The notes under the pieces are model-generated. The model searched no databases and was not told the origin of the DNA. It was given only the letters and a program-made list of their open reading frames with translations. Source: Chlamydiales bacterium (lineage in GTDB: Bacteria; Chlamydiota; Chlamydiia; Chlamydiales; JBDQID01). Taken from it: 10,447 nt of DNA. The stretch's first letter is position 1. Every line of letters starts with the position of its first letter. Shown here one piece after another: positions 8,643 to 10,447 of the stretch. Both the position numbers and the translations under genes were made by a program. The stretch spans positions 1 through 10,447 of the forward strand of contig JBLFWS010000118.1 of the NCBI GenBank assembly GCA_047611865.1, in the 5' to 3' direction.

Positions 8643-8924
8643 ATGGAAGTTTTTATCTTTACCTTAACAATATTTGCTTTGTCGCTTTTTCTTGGCTACG
8701 AGCTCATCAACAAAGTCCCGCCTCTCCTCCACACTCCTTTAATGTCAGGAGCTAATGCCATTTCCGGGATTACTTTAGTGGGGACCCTGGTTACTTCAGG
8801 ACTTCAATTAACTACCTTCACAACTATTTTAGGCTTTATCGCCGTAACATTTGCTACGGCTAATGTCGTTGGTGGCTTTGGAGTCACTCATCGCATGCTT
8901 AAAATGTTTATATCAAAAGGGTAA
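8643..8924 (+). CDS. pntAB: NAD(P) transhydrogenase subunit alpha part 2 (membrane), 93 aa
   Basis: VPPLLHTPLMSGANAISG and NVVGGFGVTHRMLKMF motifs; hydrophobic segments. Confidence 0.95.
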   Translation: MEVFIFTLTIFALSLFLGYELINKVPPLLHTPLMSGANAISGITLVGTLVTSGLQLTTFTTILGFIAVTFATANVVGGFGVTHRMLKMFISKG

Positions 8925-8928
8925 ATCC

Positions 8929-10332
8929 ATGTCCCCAGAGCTTATCAAACTTTTTTATCTCGTCGCAGGCTTACTTTTTGCCGTAGCTATCAAGATGCTT
9001 TCTCATCCTCGCACAGCTGTTAGAGGGAATCTTGTCGGAAGCTTAGGCATGCTTATAGCTGTCGTCGTTACCCTACTGGATCAGCGCATCTTAAGTTATG
9101 AAGTCATTGTTGCGGGAATTATAGTAGGCTCCTTTATAGGAATCTATCTGGCATTTAAGCCGCCAATGACGGACGTTCCGCAAGTGGTGGCCATATTCAA
9201 TGGTTTCGGCGGCGCAGCATCGGCCTTGGCTGTCGGTGCAGCTCTAGAGGAGCTACTGTCCGTAGGACTTGTTGAGGATATCACCCTTCAATTTTCTTTA
9301 GCCGCCCTTTTTTCCTGTCTGGTAGGTGGCATCTCTTTTACAGGAAGCGGTATTGCTTTTCTTAAACTACAGGGCCTCATGAGAGGTAGTCCTATTCTCC
9401 TTCCTGGACGTCATGTAATCAATGCCCTCTTATTAGTAGCCTGCCTGTATTTTTCGTATGATATGATCCTCAACCCTTCCACTTCCACATCATTCTGGAT
9501 AGTATTTGCCTTGTCTTCACTATTGGGAGTTCTTCTTGTTATTCCTATTGGCGGTGCAGATATGCCTGTAGTAATTTCATTGCTTAATTCCTATTCAGGT
9601 ATTGCAGCTGCTGCTGATGGATGGGCATTAAACAACAGCGTACTCATCATTGGAGGCTCGTTGGTGGGGGCTGCCGGATTTATTCTTACCATGCTCATGT
9701 CAAAAGCTATGAACCGCTCATTACCCAACATTATCTTTGCAGCTGTTGGTCAAGAGATCGCCGGTAGCAGTGAGCAATCGAAATATTATGAAGATAAAAT
9801 TAAACGAGCCTCTTCTGACGACGTAGCTATGATGCTGGAGGGAGCAAGAAAGGTTATTATAGTCCCTGGCTATGGCATGGCCGTAGCTCAAGCACAGTTT
9901 GCCATAAGTGATCTCTCAAGACTTCTAGAGAAAAGAGGAGTAGAAGTAAGCTATGCTATCCACCCCGTAGCAGGTAGGATGCCTGGGCATATGAATGTCC
10001 TTTTAGCAGAGGCAAAGGTGGAGTATGACAAGTTAAAAGACTTAGATTCTATCAATGATGAGTTCAGTAAAGCAGATGTTGCCTTGGTCATTGGAGCCAA
10101 TGACACGGTAAATATCAACGCTCGAAAGAATGATCCTAGCCTTCCTATCTCTGGAATGCCTATTCTTGATGTTGATAAAGCCACTAGCGTCGTTATCATC
10201 AAGCGCTCCCTCAGTGCAGGCTTTGCCAGTGTTCCCAACCCACTTTTTATTGGAGACAACGTTCTTATGTATTTTGGCGATGCCAAAGAACAAGTGCTAA
10301 AGTTGATCAAAACTATAAAAGAAATAGCATAA
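8929..10332 (+). CDS. pntB: NAD(P) transhydrogenase subunit beta, 467 aa
   Basis: Start reassigned to ATG 8929 (MSPELIK), 4 nt after the pntAB stop. Motifs IGGADMPVVISLLNSYSG, AMNRS, VPGYGMAVAQAQ, HPVAGRMPGHMNVLLAEA and GANDTVN. Confidence 0.96.
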   Translation: MSPELIKLFYLVAGLLFAVAIKMLSHPRTAVRGNLVGSLGMLIAVVVTLLDQRILSYEVIVAGIIVGSFIGIYLAFKPPMTDVPQVVAIFNGFGGAASALAVGAALEELLSVGLVEDITLQFSLAALFSCLVGGISFTGSGIAFLKLQGLMRGSPILLPGRHVINALLLVACLYFSYDMILNPSTSTSFWIVFALSSLLGVLLVIPIGGADMPVVISLLNSYSGIAAAADGWALNNSVLIIGGSLVGAAGFILTMLMSKAMNRSLPNIIFAAVGQEIAGSSEQSKYYEDKIKRASSDDVAMMLEGARKVIIVPGYGMAVAQAQFAISDLSRLLEKRGVEVSYAIHPVAGRMPGHMNVLLAEAKVEYDKLKDLDSINDEFSKADVALVIGANDTVNINARKNDPSLPISGMPILDVDKATSVVIIKRSLSAGFASVPNPLFIGDNVLMYFGDAKEQVLKLIKTIKEIA

Positions 10333-10339
10333 GGGAAAG

Positions 10340-10384
10340 ATGTTTATATCGCAAAATCCAATCACTGGGTTCGCGCCCCTATAA
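10340..10384 (+). pseudogene. Possible truncated gene start after pntB (MFISQNPITGFAPL*)
   Basis: AAGGGA SD-like sequence and ATG 7 nt after the pntB stop. The peptide resembles the S-x-NP-x-TG N-terminus of aldehyde dehydrogenases but stops after 14 codons. Confidence 0.3.
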
Positions 10385-10447
10385 GTGGAAGCATTTGGCG
10401 AAAAACACATTTGGGAATAAAGTCAAAAAAGTCGACATTATAGGAAT

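Noticed and set aside
8851..8928. Longer pntB start given in the ORF track
   Set aside because: It overlaps pntAB by 74 nt and adds a non-homologous extension. ATG 8929 matches the usual PntB N-terminus.

Overview
AT-rich (~40% GC by eye) bacterial accessory region. From left to right: (1) an ISAs1-family transposase pseudogene interrupted by a complete 1,519-bp IS66-family (single-ORF, ISBst12-type) element with perfect 14-bp TIRs and an 8-bp TSD, whose own transposase is frameshifted; (2) a 146-bp TA-bounded MITE-like element; (3) catalase-peroxidase katG; (4) a DUF1499 lipoprotein; (5) two separately promoted minus-strand toxin-antitoxin-like operons (wHTH + nucleotidyltransferase, and AbrB-like + RelE-like); (6) a three-gene NAD(P) transhydrogenase operon (pntAA-pntAB-pntB). 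The most interesting signal is at 4651-7126. The two TA modules sit in tandem units delimited by a repeated att-like core that matches a tRNA 3' end (6218-6235, 7098-7115). The units also carry a repeated short coding tail (FRTF[DN]W[SN]S[IL]AENT; 4651-4696 vs 6239-6284, 39/46 nt identical). This looks like an integrase-less, integron-like cassette array whose att site lies inside the 3' end of a recombinase gene. That interpretation is an inference and needs checking.
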